Source: Owenia fusiformis (Eukaryota). Taken from it: 64,000 nt of DNA. The stretch lies in assembly GCA_903813345.2 (NCBI GenBank), contig CAIIXF020000001.1, positions 8,370,001 to 8,434,000 on the forward strand, written 5' to 3'. This document shows positions 63,441-64,000 of the stretch, in pieces. Within the stretch, counting starts at the first letter, position 1, and every line of letters starts with the position of its first letter. Both the position numbers and the translations under genes were made by a program. The notes below the pieces were generated by a model. The model saw only the letters and a program-made list of their open reading frames with translations. It did not search any database and was not told the origin of the DNA.

Positions 63441-63499
63441 CTGCAAACATAAGAATGGCATATGCACTGTTTGAACTTAAAGTATAAAGTGGGCATAAA

Positions 63500-63880
63500 C
63501 ACAGTGGTTTTTATTAAAACAATATGTTTTCTTTCAAGTGAAGTACCCATGATGATAAAAATATCAATTGAACAATTCGAAAAATTTTGAATAGGGACCC
63601 CATGACAACATTTTTTCAAAATATTGAACCTATTTAATCAAAAGAGAATCTTCCTTTTCTGATTTTTATTGCATGAAAAGATTATTCAACAAGGGGTCTA
63701 AAACATCCTCAAAAATATAAAGGTAATTGAGAGTCTAGTTTTGAAGTTATCAATTTTCGATGACCAAAATTATGCTGAAAACAATGGATAGCACGAGTTT
63801 TCCCTATGGGAAAAAATAACATGGGATATGTGGTTTTAACTTTAATGCATTTCAATACCCATCCCCTTTTCAAAAATTGT
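63500..63880. repeat. Dispersed repeat, inverted copy of 57700-57865 joined to 58674-58910
   Basis: For example ATGACCAAAATTATGCT (63760) vs AGCATAATTTTGGTCAT (57820), and TTGAACCTATTTA vs TAAATAGGTTCAA (58770). Confidence 0.75.
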
Positions 63881-63882
63881 TA

Positions 63883-63923
<41 letters not shown>

Positions 63924-64000
63924 TCAAGTAATAATTTAATACAATTCAAGTACAAGCTTCATTAAATACAAGTAGTTCTTTCATATAGATATATGTACTA

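Noticed and set aside
60895-63467. Bacterial NRPS operon, contamination or recent horizontal transfer
   Set aside because: The gene has a spliceosomal intron (60942-60777), an acceptor before the ATG, the animal Ebony domain order and host-type repeats on both sides.
63885-63921. Poly-T run as the tail of a retroposed ebony
   Set aside because: It lies upstream of the ebony start, not at its 3' end. More likely the poly-A tail of a minus-strand retroelement extending beyond the window.

Overview
AT-rich, intron-containing animal genomic DNA; gene content suggests a lophotrochozoan such as an annelid, mollusc or brachiopod (inference). Left part: a very young, non-autonomous Ty3/Gypsy-type LTR element (5152-17585, ATAT target-site duplication). 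It encodes only Gag plus protease and has giant ~4.6-kb LTRs filled with two hairpin-rich tandem arrays. Centre: a 25-exon myosin gene (+, 22282-41418) with a myosin-III-like motor but no kinase domain, an IQ motif and a C-terminal MH2 domain of the Expansion/Rebuf type, a family known as chitin-deposition factors in insects. Nested antisense in its 9th coding intron is a two-exon gene for a secreted Tyr/Ser/Lys-repeat protein ending in a chitin-binding (CBM14-like) module. Right part: the myosin chaperone unc-45 (-), then an ebony-type NRPS-like beta-alanyl-amine synthase (-) split by a 1-nt frameshift/ATGA overlap between its A and T domains. Many MITEs and foldback elements lie between the genes. 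Main hypothesis: myosin-MH2, the nested chitin-binding tyrosine-rich protein, unc-45 and ebony form a chitin-secretion and sclerotization neighbourhood. All domain calls come from motif recognition by eye, not from database searches.
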